A DNA stretch of 25,960 nucleotides from a virus, in the UHGV virus genome UHGV-0396296; one strand, given 5' to 3'. The position numbers were made by a program, and so were the translations under genes. The notes below the pieces were generated by a model, which was not told where the DNA came from, did not search any database, and was given only the letters and a program-made list of their open reading frames with translations. This document shows positions 7,321-14,241 of the stretch, piece after piece. The first letter of the stretch is position 1; the number at the start of each line of letters is the position of its first letter.

Positions 7321-7704
7321 GTGACGAAGTACGAAGAACTTATGGCAAGATACGACAATCTCCACATCGAGGAACGACCCATGAAAAATGATGGTCTGTA
7401 CGCTGATGATTGTATCTGGATCAATAGGAACATGCCGGAATGCCGCCGGTATTGCACGCTTGCAGAAGAGATCGGACACTATGAGACCAGCGTTGGAGAT
7501 ATATTGGATCAGACCAATACGAATAACCGCCGGCAGGAGCGAGCTGCCCGCAAGTGGGCATACGAGGAAATACTGCCAGTCGAAAATATATTATTCGCCG
7601 CTCAGGATGGACACACTGATATATGGGACATGGCAGAATACTTAGAAGTAGACGAAGCATTTCTAAAGGATGCTTTAAGGCATTATGGGATTTTAGACAT
7701 ATAA
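7321..7704 (+). CDS. ImmA/IrrE-family (M78-like) metallopeptidase homologue with non-canonical EEIGH motif
   Basis: 127-aa ORF, GTG start after GGGGAGG. Pattern IWINRNM...RRYCTLAEEIGHYE...WAYEEILPVE matches ImmA family architecture, but the first His of HExxH is Glu. Confidence 0.6.
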   Translation: MTKYEELMARYDNLHIEERPMKNDGLYADDCIWINRNMPECRRYCTLAEEIGHYETSVGDILDQTNTNNRRQERAARKWAYEEILPVENILFAAQDGHTDIWDMAEYLEVDEAFLKDALRHYGILDI

Positions 7705-7782
7705 TTTATAACGCAACGATGGCGTTCCAGAGCGATATAGTCTAATAAGGGGATAGGGCAAACACATGAAAGGAGAAGTACT

Positions 7783-8262
7783 ATGAGTGAATTTAATGAG
7801 AAACCTAAAAAGAAATTTTATAAGCGTTGGTGGTTTTGGCTAATAGTGGCCGTGGTAGTCATCGGCGTAGGTGGTGCCGCCGGGAGCGGCGGTGATGATC
7901 CTGCCGATACAAAAACAGCGCAAACCGAGCAAACAGAAGAAGCGACAGAGGCAACAGAAGCAACGGAAGCCCTCACGACCGGACAAAGAAATGCTCTCGG
8001 CTCCGCAGAGTCTTACCTTTCCGCTATGCCGTTCTCATATTCAGGGCTAATAGAACAGCTTGAATATGAAGGATACTCAACAGAGGACGCTACTTATGCC
8101 GCTGACAATTGTGGTGCAGATTGGAATGAACAAGCTGCGTTATCCGCAGAGGATTATTTGGATATTATGTCTTTTTCGCGCGACGGGTTAATAGAGCAGT
8201 TGGTATATGAAGGCTTTACGCAGGAACAAGCTGAATATGGTGCATCCGCTGTTGGTTATTAA
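7783..8262 (+). CDS. ltp: Ltp-family surface lipoprotein/membrane protein (superinfection-exclusion type)
   Basis: N-terminal TM segment WWFWLIVAVVVIGVGG, TEATEATEATEA linker, and two tandem Ltp repeats (AESYLSAMPFSYSGLIEQLEYEGYS...DNCGADWNEQA and AEDYLDIMSFSRDGLIEQLVYEGFT). RBS AAAGGAG. Confidence 0.75.
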   Translation: MSEFNEKPKKKFYKRWWFWLIVAVVVIGVGGAAGSGGDDPADTKTAQTEQTEEATEATEATEALTTGQRNALGSAESYLSAMPFSYSGLIEQLEYEGYSTEDATYAADNCGADWNEQAALSAEDYLDIMSFSRDGLIEQLVYEGFTQEQAEYGASAVGY

Positions 8263-8474
8263 GAATAACAAATAATGTAAAGCCATTTAAACGAAAAAAG
8301 GGGTATTGAGATTGTGGGTTGATAGCTTTCTGCAAACGACGTATATGATATTTTTTAACCGCAAATTAGTACTAAATTTCAAGAAAACAGTAATTTTTTT
8401 CTTGAATATATAAGTTTTTGTATATTATGCTAAACATTTTCAGCATTTCAATAACAAAAAAGTAACAATAAACA

Positions 8475-8503
8475 TTGACATTTTAAAGCGCTCAGCGTAT
8501 TAT
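8475..8503 (+). promoter_or_regulatory. Candidate promoter upstream of the Abi gene (TTGACA-N17-TATTAT)
   Basis: Hexamers read directly in an AT-rich intergenic region. Confidence 0.4.
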
Positions 8504-8516
8504 AATATTAACAGAT

Positions 8517-8580
8517 CCCGCTGGGCTTCTAGGATATCTTTGATATCCAAGCAAAAATACAGCGGGCCTTTTGCTTTTTT
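8517..8580 (+). terminator. Terminator-like hairpin in the leader of the Abi gene (outer stem CCCGCTG/CAGCGGG, inner GGATATC-TTT-GATATCC, then TTTTGCTTTTTT)
   Basis: Read directly. Lies between the candidate promoter and ATG 8596. Confidence 0.4.
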
Positions 8581-8595
8581 GGGAGAAACAAAGTA

Positions 8596-9501
8596 ATGGA
8601 TCAAAAACCATACAAAACAATTGATGAACAAGTTGAAATTTTAAAAGACCGCGGGTTAATCATAAGTGATGAGGATTATGCAAAACGGTGTCTTACTCAA
8701 CTCAATTATTATCGTTTAAGTGGCTATACTTTGACATTACGAAAAAATAATAGCTTTTACAAAAACATAACTTTTGAAAACGTAATGGATATATATAACT
8801 TTGATCGTCAACTTAAACTTTATGTGTTAAATTATCTTGAAGACATCGAAATATCGTTGCGTACTCACATAGGTTATATTTTAGGAAGCATGGATTCAGA
8901 CAAACCAGCGTATCTTAATGCTGGTTGCTATATAAGCGATGCTCATTACAACAGAGTCCTTGAAGAACTGAAGGATGCCCTTGCTGACAGTAAAAATGAA
9001 GCCTTTGTAAAGCACCACCAGACAAAATACCGCGGAAGCCTTCCTTCATGGGTAATGGTCGAAACATTATCGTTCGGAGCGCTTTCAAGACTCTTTTCAT
9101 CGCTTAAGCAAGACATAAAATGTGACATCTGTGATGCTTATTATAACCAAATCCGCCCACAAGTTGTTGAAAATCTTCTAGAAGGTTTAGTTGTTCTTCG
9201 TAATATATGCGCTCATCATTCCCGCATATATAATCGAGGCATCCCAAACACACCTAAGATGTCTAAAGTAGATAATGATTTTTTTATAGATAATGGATAT
9301 GAGCGAAATGAAATAGGAAAAAAATTATTCTTCAGACTCGTAATCATAGACCGATTGATAGAGGATGCTAATTTTTTAAGCAAAATGATATCTGATATAG
9401 ATGCATTGTCTTATAAATATCCTTTTGTTCAACTCAGGCATTATGGTTTTAAAGCAGACTGGAAAAACATGGTTTCAGAAATTAATAAACAATATAAATA
9501 A
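8596..9501 (+). CDS. Abortive infection protein, Abi_2 family (AbiD/AbiF-like)
   Basis: 301-aa ORF. KTIDEQVEILKDRGL, LNYYRLSGYTLTLR, HHQ...LPSWVMVETLSFGALSRLF and LRNICAHHSRIYNRG match recalled hallmarks of Abi_2 proteins. The gene and its upstream region are markedly AT-rich. Confidence 0.8.
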   Translation: MDQKPYKTIDEQVEILKDRGLIISDEDYAKRCLTQLNYYRLSGYTLTLRKNNSFYKNITFENVMDIYNFDRQLKLYVLNYLEDIEISLRTHIGYILGSMDSDKPAYLNAGCYISDAHYNRVLEELKDALADSKNEAFVKHHQTKYRGSLPSWVMVETLSFGALSRLFSSLKQDIKCDICDAYYNQIRPQVVENLLEGLVVLRNICAHHSRIYNRGIPNTPKMSKVDNDFFIDNGYERNEIGKKLFFRLVIIDRLIEDANFLSKMISDIDALSYKYPFVQLRHYGFKADWKNMVSEINKQYK

Positions 9502-9621
9502 AACAAAAGCCCCCATCTCTGGGAGCTGATGTATAAGGGCTGTATGATACAACCCAGCGTCGCAACTGAATTGTATCATCTCAGCCCGAAAAAGTCAATT
9601 TTCGGGTATCTTTATGCCCTG

Positions 9622-9655
9622 AACCTAACAAATCTTTGAAAGGTTTTGTTAGGTT
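9622..9655. promoter_or_regulatory. Perfect 11-bp inverted repeat (AACCTAACAAA-N12-TTTGTTAGGTT) upstream of the integrase gene
   Basis: Read directly, 38 nt upstream of int ATG 9693. Adjacent AAGGTT direct repeats. Confidence 0.4.
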
Positions 9656-9692
9656 TTAAAAGGTTCAAGCAAGGTTTAAAGGAGATGATACA

Positions 9693-10877
9693 ATGCCAGG
9701 AACGAAACAGAAACGAGGAACAGACAGCTGGACCCTGCACGTCAGAGCCGGCACTGATTTTAGGGGAAAGCCCATAAGATATACCAAAACAGTACACTGC
9801 AAAAGCGAAGCAGCTGCAGACAGGGAACTCGCCCTGTTTTATGCAGATTGCGTAAACGGCCGGGTCAACAGATCTACACCTATAACAGTAGCAGAGCTTG
9901 CCGACCAGTGGTATGAAGAGTACGTACTGCGGCACTTAAAGGTCAGCGCCCGGCGTGGCATAGATCCCGCCATAAAGATGTGGATAAAGCCACTACTTGG
10001 AAATAAGAAGGTTTCTAAAGTACAGCGCCTCGATGTGCAAAAATGGGTAAATTACGTTTCCGATCCGCAGGAGCGTACGAACAAGAGGGGCGAAAAAGTT
10101 ATAAAGCAGCTCTCCCCTAAGACTGTACGAAATTACTACTCTGCGCTTCGCGGTATGTTTGATTTTGCGGTCGATATGGGGATCATCGAGGACACTCCCT
10201 GTAAAAATATCCGTATGCCGAAAAAGGATCATAAAGAGGCCACCTACTTTTCTATAGAGGAAGTAAATGTCCTTCTAGAAGCCCTGAGCGCCTTACAGAG
10301 CGACGAACTGCGCTACAAGGTAGCGATTTACCTCGGGCTGTTTGGCGGCCTCAGGAAAGGTGAAATAATGGGATTAAACAGAGAGGATATTAACTTTGAG
10401 CGAGGCGAAATAGCAATCCGGCGTACAAGGATGATAAAACCGAAGGAAGGCGTCTACGAAGACACGCCCAAGACGGATAAATCCATAAGGACGGTCGCCC
10501 TACCTCCGGAGGTTATGGCAGAGATCCTGTGCCTGATCGCGCAACAAAAGGAGCAGAAACTGCAGCTTCAGAACCAGTACCATGACTCCCCTGCCCTGCT
10601 CCGTAACGACCACGGGGACCCACTGTACCCGCAGGTGCTGCAGAGGTGGTTTACCCGATTCCTGGAGAAAAATGGCTTACCTCACGCTGGCCTGCATTCT
10701 CTAAGACACACACACGCCTCAATGCTCGTATATCTTGGTACGGATAAAATGCAGGTCAGCTCCAGACTGGGTCACTCTCAGCTATCGACTACGCTAAATA
10801 TTTACACGCACTTATTTGAAAACGCCGACAAAAAAATAGCGGAAGATCTGTCATCGAACTTCCTAAAAGCTCGCTAG
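9693..10877 (+). CDS. int: Tyrosine site-specific integrase (phage integrase family)
   Basis: 394-aa ORF. C-terminal catalytic signature LFGGLRKGE...HSLRHTHASMLV...LGHSQLSTTLNIYTHL (R, H-x-x-R, Y). N-terminal SAM-like region. Confidence 0.9.
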   Translation: MPGTKQKRGTDSWTLHVRAGTDFRGKPIRYTKTVHCKSEAAADRELALFYADCVNGRVNRSTPITVAELADQWYEEYVLRHLKVSARRGIDPAIKMWIKPLLGNKKVSKVQRLDVQKWVNYVSDPQERTNKRGEKVIKQLSPKTVRNYYSALRGMFDFAVDMGIIEDTPCKNIRMPKKDHKEATYFSIEEVNVLLEALSALQSDELRYKVAIYLGLFGGLRKGEIMGLNREDINFERGEIAIRRTRMIKPKEGVYEDTPKTDKSIRTVALPPEVMAEILCLIAQQKEQKLQLQNQYHDSPALLRNDHGDPLYPQVLQRWFTRFLEKNGLPHAGLHSLRHTHASMLVYLGTDKMQVSSRLGHSQLSTTLNIYTHLFENADKKIAEDLSSNFLKAR

Positions 10878-11100
10878 TTGTTGTCATCATTGTTGTCATT
10901 TTGGCGAAATATGCCGAAATGTTGCGAAACGCGTTGAACGCTCAAAGCATTGAAATTTAAACGATTTGAATGATTTTGAAAATCGCCGAAATACCCTCAG
11001 AACCGATTCGAGTCCCGTGTCCTCCGCCAGCGAAGCCCTGTAATTCCAACGGTTGCAGGGCTTTTCATTTCCGTTTGTTGTCATTTTGTTGTCAATTTGA
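10877..11100. other. Candidate attP region: flanking direct repeats TTGTTGTCATTTTG, CGAAAT/TTGAA short repeats, and a tRNA-3'-end-like core
   Basis: Direct repeats at 10877-10904 and 11074-11099. Sequence TTCGAGTCCCGTGTCCTCCGCCA (11007-11029) resembles a T-loop, acceptor 3' strand and CCA. Integrase and lysis genes converge here. Confidence 0.35.
11034..11065 (+). terminator. Hairpin plus T-run (AGCCCTG...CAGGGCT TTTT) downstream of int
   Basis: 7-bp GC-rich stem followed by TTTT, read directly. Confidence 0.4.
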
Positions 11101-11140
11101 TTTTTACTGTTATTGCAATCGAAAAAACAATTCTGTATAA

Positions 11141-11172
11141 TAAAAAAAGAGCGGTGGCAAGTCCGCCCTCTT
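11141..11172 (-). terminator. Intrinsic terminator after the small minus-strand ORF
   Basis: Minus strand reads AGAGGGCGG-loop-CCGCTCT followed by TTTTTTT. Confidence 0.45.
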
Positions 11173-11189
11173 ATGTGTGTGCCTGTCGA

Positions 11190-11333
11190 TTATTCGGCAG
11201 GTTTTTCCTTTTTTGCCATCTCCCTAACGTCTTCGATAGCCTTCTTTACTTCGTCCATATCCTTACAGGCTGCGAATTTATCGGCTACCAAATTAAGTAT
11301 CACTTCCATCTGCTTATCCGTCATATTCTCCAC
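11190..11333 (-). CDS. Small hypothetical protein (about 47 aa; ...MTDKQMEVILNLVADKFAACKDMDEVKKAIEDVREMAKKEKPAE)
   Basis: Hand-translated. Below the ORF track length cutoff. AAGGAGG RBS 5 nt before in-frame GTG 11333 (ATG at 11324). Followed by a terminator. Confidence 0.35.
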   Translation of the reverse strand: MENMTDKQMEVILNLVADKFAACKDMDEVKKAIEDVREMAKKEKPAE

Positions 11334-11393
11334 AGCGCCCTCCTTTCTCCGCTTGCCCGGTTATTACCGTCCGGTTTCCCTTTCGGTAATTAT

Positions 11394-11422
11394 AATATAC
11401 ACTATTTTTTATATTTTGTCAA
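11394..11422 (-). promoter_or_regulatory. Near-consensus promoter (TTGACA-N17-TATATT) for the small ORF
   Basis: Read on the minus strand. Spacer is similar to those of the two promoters at 11707-11805. Confidence 0.4.
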
Positions 11423-11464
11423 TGTGTTTTTATATATTATTTTATATTTTTTATACTTTTTCGT

Positions 11465-11683
11465 TTATATTATAGGCTCGCCCGTTTCTTTGTCGATGAA
11501 TTGTATTCTCAGCTCTGCGTCGAATGCCTCCGCAATTTTTTCCAATTCAGACACCTTAAACGTGTTCCGTTTGTATTTATTGTTTAAATTCTGCGGCGTT
11601 TGTCCTGTACGCCGAGCAAGTTCCGCTTCCGACATATTTCCTCTTTTAACCCTACACAGATTTATATATTCTCTGACATTCAT
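11465..11683 (-). CDS. XRE-family HTH regulator (72 aa)
   Basis: MSEAELARRTGQTPQNLNNKYKRNTF is an HTH. GGAGGT RBS 6 nt before the ATG. Confidence 0.6.
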   Translation of the reverse strand: MNVREYINLCRVKRGNMSEAELARRTGQTPQNLNNKYKRNTFKVSELEKIAEAFDAELRIQFIDKETGEPII

Positions 11684-11706
11684 ATGCTGACCTCCTTCCT
11701 CTTTTG

Positions 11707-11735
11707 ATTATACACTATATTTTATAATATGTCAA
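11707..11735 (-). promoter_or_regulatory. Consensus promoter TTGACA-N17-TATAAT driving the HTH gene
   Basis: Minus strand -35 at 11730-11735 and -10 at 11707-11712. Confidence 0.5.
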
Positions 11736-11776
11736 AAAAAGAATTTAAATAATATAAAATATTTTATAAAAAACCG

Positions 11777-11805
11777 TTGACAGAATATAAAATTACGTGT
11801 ATAAT
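11777..11805 (+). promoter_or_regulatory. Consensus promoter TTGACA-N17-TATAAT driving the small acidic ORF
   Basis: Plus strand -35 at 11777-11782 and -10 at 11800-11805. Divergent from the promoter at 11707-11735. Confidence 0.5.
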
Positions 11806-11928
11806 ATAATCACAAGGTGAGATAAGGAGGCAATACCATCTCAGTAATGCACTGGGAACAGGTGCAAAAAGAGTTGACACTATAAATAATATATGGGATA
11901 TTGTAAAAAACAAGAGGAGGATAAAAAA

Positions 11929-12162
11929 ATGAAAAAGATGTTTTTAGAAAGTAACGGCTATAACATGATAGGTTTTATATTCGAAGATAATAAAATGGTG
12001 GCATTCGATTGCGAAACATTAGAAGACGCAAAGAATATGGACTGCTCGGGCGTGGAAGGCTGCAAGAGCGCAGAAGAAGCCGCTGTGGACTGCGATACCG
12101 AAGTTTATCCGTTTATTGAAGATGAGTGGGAAAACGTTACATTTATAGAGGAAATGGAATAG
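11929..12162 (+). CDS. Small acidic Cys-containing protein (77 aa), hypothetical
   Basis: ATG 11929 lies 8 nt after GAGGAGG. The track start at 11893 has no RBS. Protein is rich in D/E. Confidence 0.5.
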   Translation: MKKMFLESNGYNMIGFIFEDNKMVAFDCETLEDAKNMDCSGVEGCKSAEEAAVDCDTEVYPFIEDEWENVTFIEEME

Positions 12163-12203
12163 CATAAAAAATCCCCGGCCTTCGCCGGGGACGCTCTATT
12201 TTA
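12163..12203. terminator. Bidirectional terminator (CCCCGGC-CTTC-GCCGGGG hairpin with A-run upstream and T-rich downstream)
   Basis: Read directly, between convergent genes. Confidence 0.55.
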
Positions 12204-12543
12204 TATATCCATCTTTGCCCACATAGTAGGGATTCCATTTTGTGCGAACCTTTACAATGGGTAATTCTTTGCATTTTTCATATATCTCTGTCCCTGTTCC
12301 GTTTCCACCAAGTCCGTGATAGCCCTGGTAGATTTCTGTAAGGGTTTCCATTTCTTCAAACGTTATTTGATCGGTTTCGATATAGAATTGGCCGTATCTG
12401 AACAGACGATCATGCCCGTTCGCCCGAACGGCTATTGTCAAGGCCCTAAATCGTCGTATCACCCATGCCAGGGTGCCAGCCGCAAAACTGGCAACCCCCG
12501 CACAAAATATCTCTATCCAATTTTCCAGTATACTTTCCCACAT
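12196..12543 (-). CDS. Membrane protein appended to the lysis cassette (N-terminal TM helix), function unknown
   Basis: ORF directly follows the endolysin stop. Hydrophobic segment WIEIFCAGVASFAAGTLAWVI. Start is either GTG 12552 or ATG 12543. Confidence 0.45.
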   Translation of the reverse strand: MWESILENWIEIFCAGVASFAAGTLAWVIRRFRALTIAVRANGHDRLFRYGQFYIETDQITFEEMETLTEIYQGYHGLGGNGTGTEIYEKCKELPIVKVRTKWNPYYVGKDGYIK

Positions 12544-12552
12544 AGGCGACAC

Positions 12553-13296
12553 CTACACATTTATATGTACAGCATTACCCATACCCGTAGTATTGGCATA
12601 TGAATAGGCAGCGCCCAGATCGTATGCCTTGGCTACTACCTGTTTCCTTCCGTCCGCTGTATCACAGATGCCAGGAATGTAGATGTCGGCAGCCCTGCCC
12701 TTCATGTGGGTGGAATTAGATGCCCCACCTACCTGTTTGTTTCTCGTGGCACATCTCTGTCCAGATGTAATAGTTATTGGTTTCCCATAATATGCACGCA
12801 GATTTTCCAGCAGATTGAGCAGCTTAGATGACGTATCTCCCGCCGGATATCCGTTGCAATATTTACCGCCACACCCGCACTTGAACTCTGATTTTGCAAA
12901 ATGCGCCGAAGAACCGCCGGAAGCTGTGCCGGCAGAACCGGAAGAACCGGAACCGCTGCGCAGCGCAGCCCACGTTGCCTGTCCAGCGCATCCGTCGGCT
13001 GTCAGGCCCAGCTTTTTCTGTACGGTCTTTATAGCTGCTGCCGTCTTCTGCCCCAGAACGCCATCGACGGTCAGCCCCGCGCCGTATTTATTTAACAGCG
13101 TCTGCAACTCCTTCGTTACCGATACAGCCTTCGCATCTGTCTTAGCTCCCCAAATGCCATCTACCGACAGGCCATAGCCATTTTGGAATTTCTTTGTAGC
13201 CGCCTTTGTCTGGGCGCCCTCTATGCCATCCAGTGCGCCTGTATAATAACCATAGTTATATTTTAGAAAATACTGTCTGTATAAAACCGATATCAT
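12553..13296 (-). CDS. Endolysin: two peptidoglycan-binding repeats plus C-terminal peptidase M15 (D-Ala-D-Ala carboxypeptidase-like) domain
   Basis: Start ATG 13296 overlaps the holin stop and follows a GGAGA RBS. PG_binding-like repeats, GSGSSGSAG linker, and SGQRCATRNKQVGGASNSTHMKGRAADIYI...NAVHINV. The track ORF extends upstream in-frame but overlaps the holin. Confidence 0.8.
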   Translation of the reverse strand: MISVLYRQYFLKYNYGYYTGALDGIEGAQTKAATKKFQNGYGLSVDGIWGAKTDAKAVSVTKELQTLLNKYGAGLTVDGVLGQKTAAAIKTVQKKLGLTADGCAGQATWAALRSGSGSSGSAGTASGGSSAHFAKSEFKCGCGGKYCNGYPAGDTSSKLLNLLENLRAYYGKPITITSGQRCATRNKQVGGASNSTHMKGRAADIYIPGICDTADGRKQVVAKAYDLGAAYSYANTTGMGNAVHINV

Positions 13297-13514
13297 TACT
13301 CTACGTCTCCTTCCTGCAATTCCGGCAGGCTGACAATACTGTTCAACAGACTCAGCACGCCGGACAGTATCGACGCCGATACTACCATTTTCCAATCCAC
13401 CGCCGCAAATACCGCAGCCGTTCCTATAGTTGCGATGGCCGTCTGCGCTACCGTGCGGATAGCACGCATACCGGCCTTCTTTATCCACGTCTTAAATTTC
13501 TCCATGTCGTTCAC
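13296..13514 (-). CDS. Holin (small two-TM protein)
   Basis: 72 aa with two hydrophobic segments (AIRTVAQTAIATIGTAAVFAAV and MVVSASILSGVLSLLNSIV) and a charged C-terminus. Immediately upstream of the endolysin. Confidence 0.7.
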   Translation of the reverse strand: MNDMEKFKTWIKKAGMRAIRTVAQTAIATIGTAAVFAAVDWKMVVSASILSGVLSLLNSIVSLPELQEGDVE

Positions 13515-13519
13515 TCCTT

Positions 13520-13810
13520 TCAGTTCAGTACTTTGTCATGTCTTGGGTATTCGTAATACACTTCATTTCCGTTTCCCGGCAGGATTATGGTCCCCGCCTT
13601 CAGGTTCATATCGCCCGCCGTTATATCCTCGTGCGTTTGGATAACCTGGTTTATAGAATCCAATTTTATCTGCGCCGATCCATCTGTATACACATAAATT
13701 TCGTAGGCCGCGGGCTCTGGATTTTTCGGCATAGCAGACAAAACAAAATACGTCGTGCAGGCTATTATCCCAGCCAGTACGACGCATATTGCTATTATGT
13801 ATTTTTTCAT
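13520..13810 (-). CDS. Small secreted/membrane-anchored protein (signal-peptide-like N-terminus MKKYIIAICVVLAGIIAC)
   Basis: Start moved to the internal ATG (MKKY) at 13810, which overlaps the upstream stop. Confidence 0.4.
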   Translation of the reverse strand: MKKYIIAICVVLAGIIACTTYFVLSAMPKNPEPAAYEIYVYTDGSAQIKLDSINQVIQTHEDITAGDMNLKAGTIILPGNGNEVYYEYPRHDKVLN

Positions 13811-14241
13811 GCGGTGTATTCCTCCCAGCCTGCCGGGTATGCATCCGGCGACCACACATTACCGTCTATTGTGGATATGTACAGCGTACCGTTATAGTTT
13901 ACGATGTCACCTGTGTTGTAGGCATCATGCGCGCCCGTGGGCTGTGTCCATATCGGATATCCGCTATCGTCTAGCCCTATAGGAGTGTATAACGCCGGTG
14001 TGCCATCTGGCGTCCAATCTGCTTGGCTCGTATGCGCCTGCACAACGCGGTACAGCTGCGGTTCGCCTACGCTGTTCTCGCCGTAGGTTATCAGGTCGTC
14101 TACGGCATACGCTACGCCTACTGCATAGGCAGGATATACCGTCGCTATCTCCATGGCCTGTTCGTCCGTCAGTCCTGCCGCGAACATCTGTATTGCCTTT
14201 CGTAGCTGCTCCGCCGCCTGCATTCTATTCATTCGTTTCAC
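13807..14241 (-). CDS. Protein with C-terminal carbohydrate-binding-like module (CBM5/12-like W...GD.V.YNG.LY...W pattern)
   Basis: 144-aa ORF. The segment YNTGDIVNYNGTLYISTIDGNVWSPDAYPAGW resembles chitin/carbohydrate-binding domain spacing. Confidence 0.4.
   Translation of the reverse strand: MKRMNRMQAAEQLRKAIQMFAAGLTDEQAMEIATVYPAYAVGVAYAVDDLITYGENSVGEPQLYRVVQAHTSQADWTPDGTPALYTPIGLDDSGYPIWTQPTGAHDAYNTGDIVNYNGTLYISTIDGNVWSPDAYPAGWEEYTA

Noticed and set aside
10945-11029. Possible complete tRNA gene ending in CCA at 11029
   Set aside because: No 5' acceptor strand complementary to GTCCTCC lies 70-90 nt upstream, and the T-stem pairs poorly. Only a 3' fragment is present, more consistent with an att core.
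10896-11084. Minus-strand 62-aa ORF inside the att region
   Set aside because: No RBS, low-complexity translation, and it spans the terminator hairpin and repeat elements.
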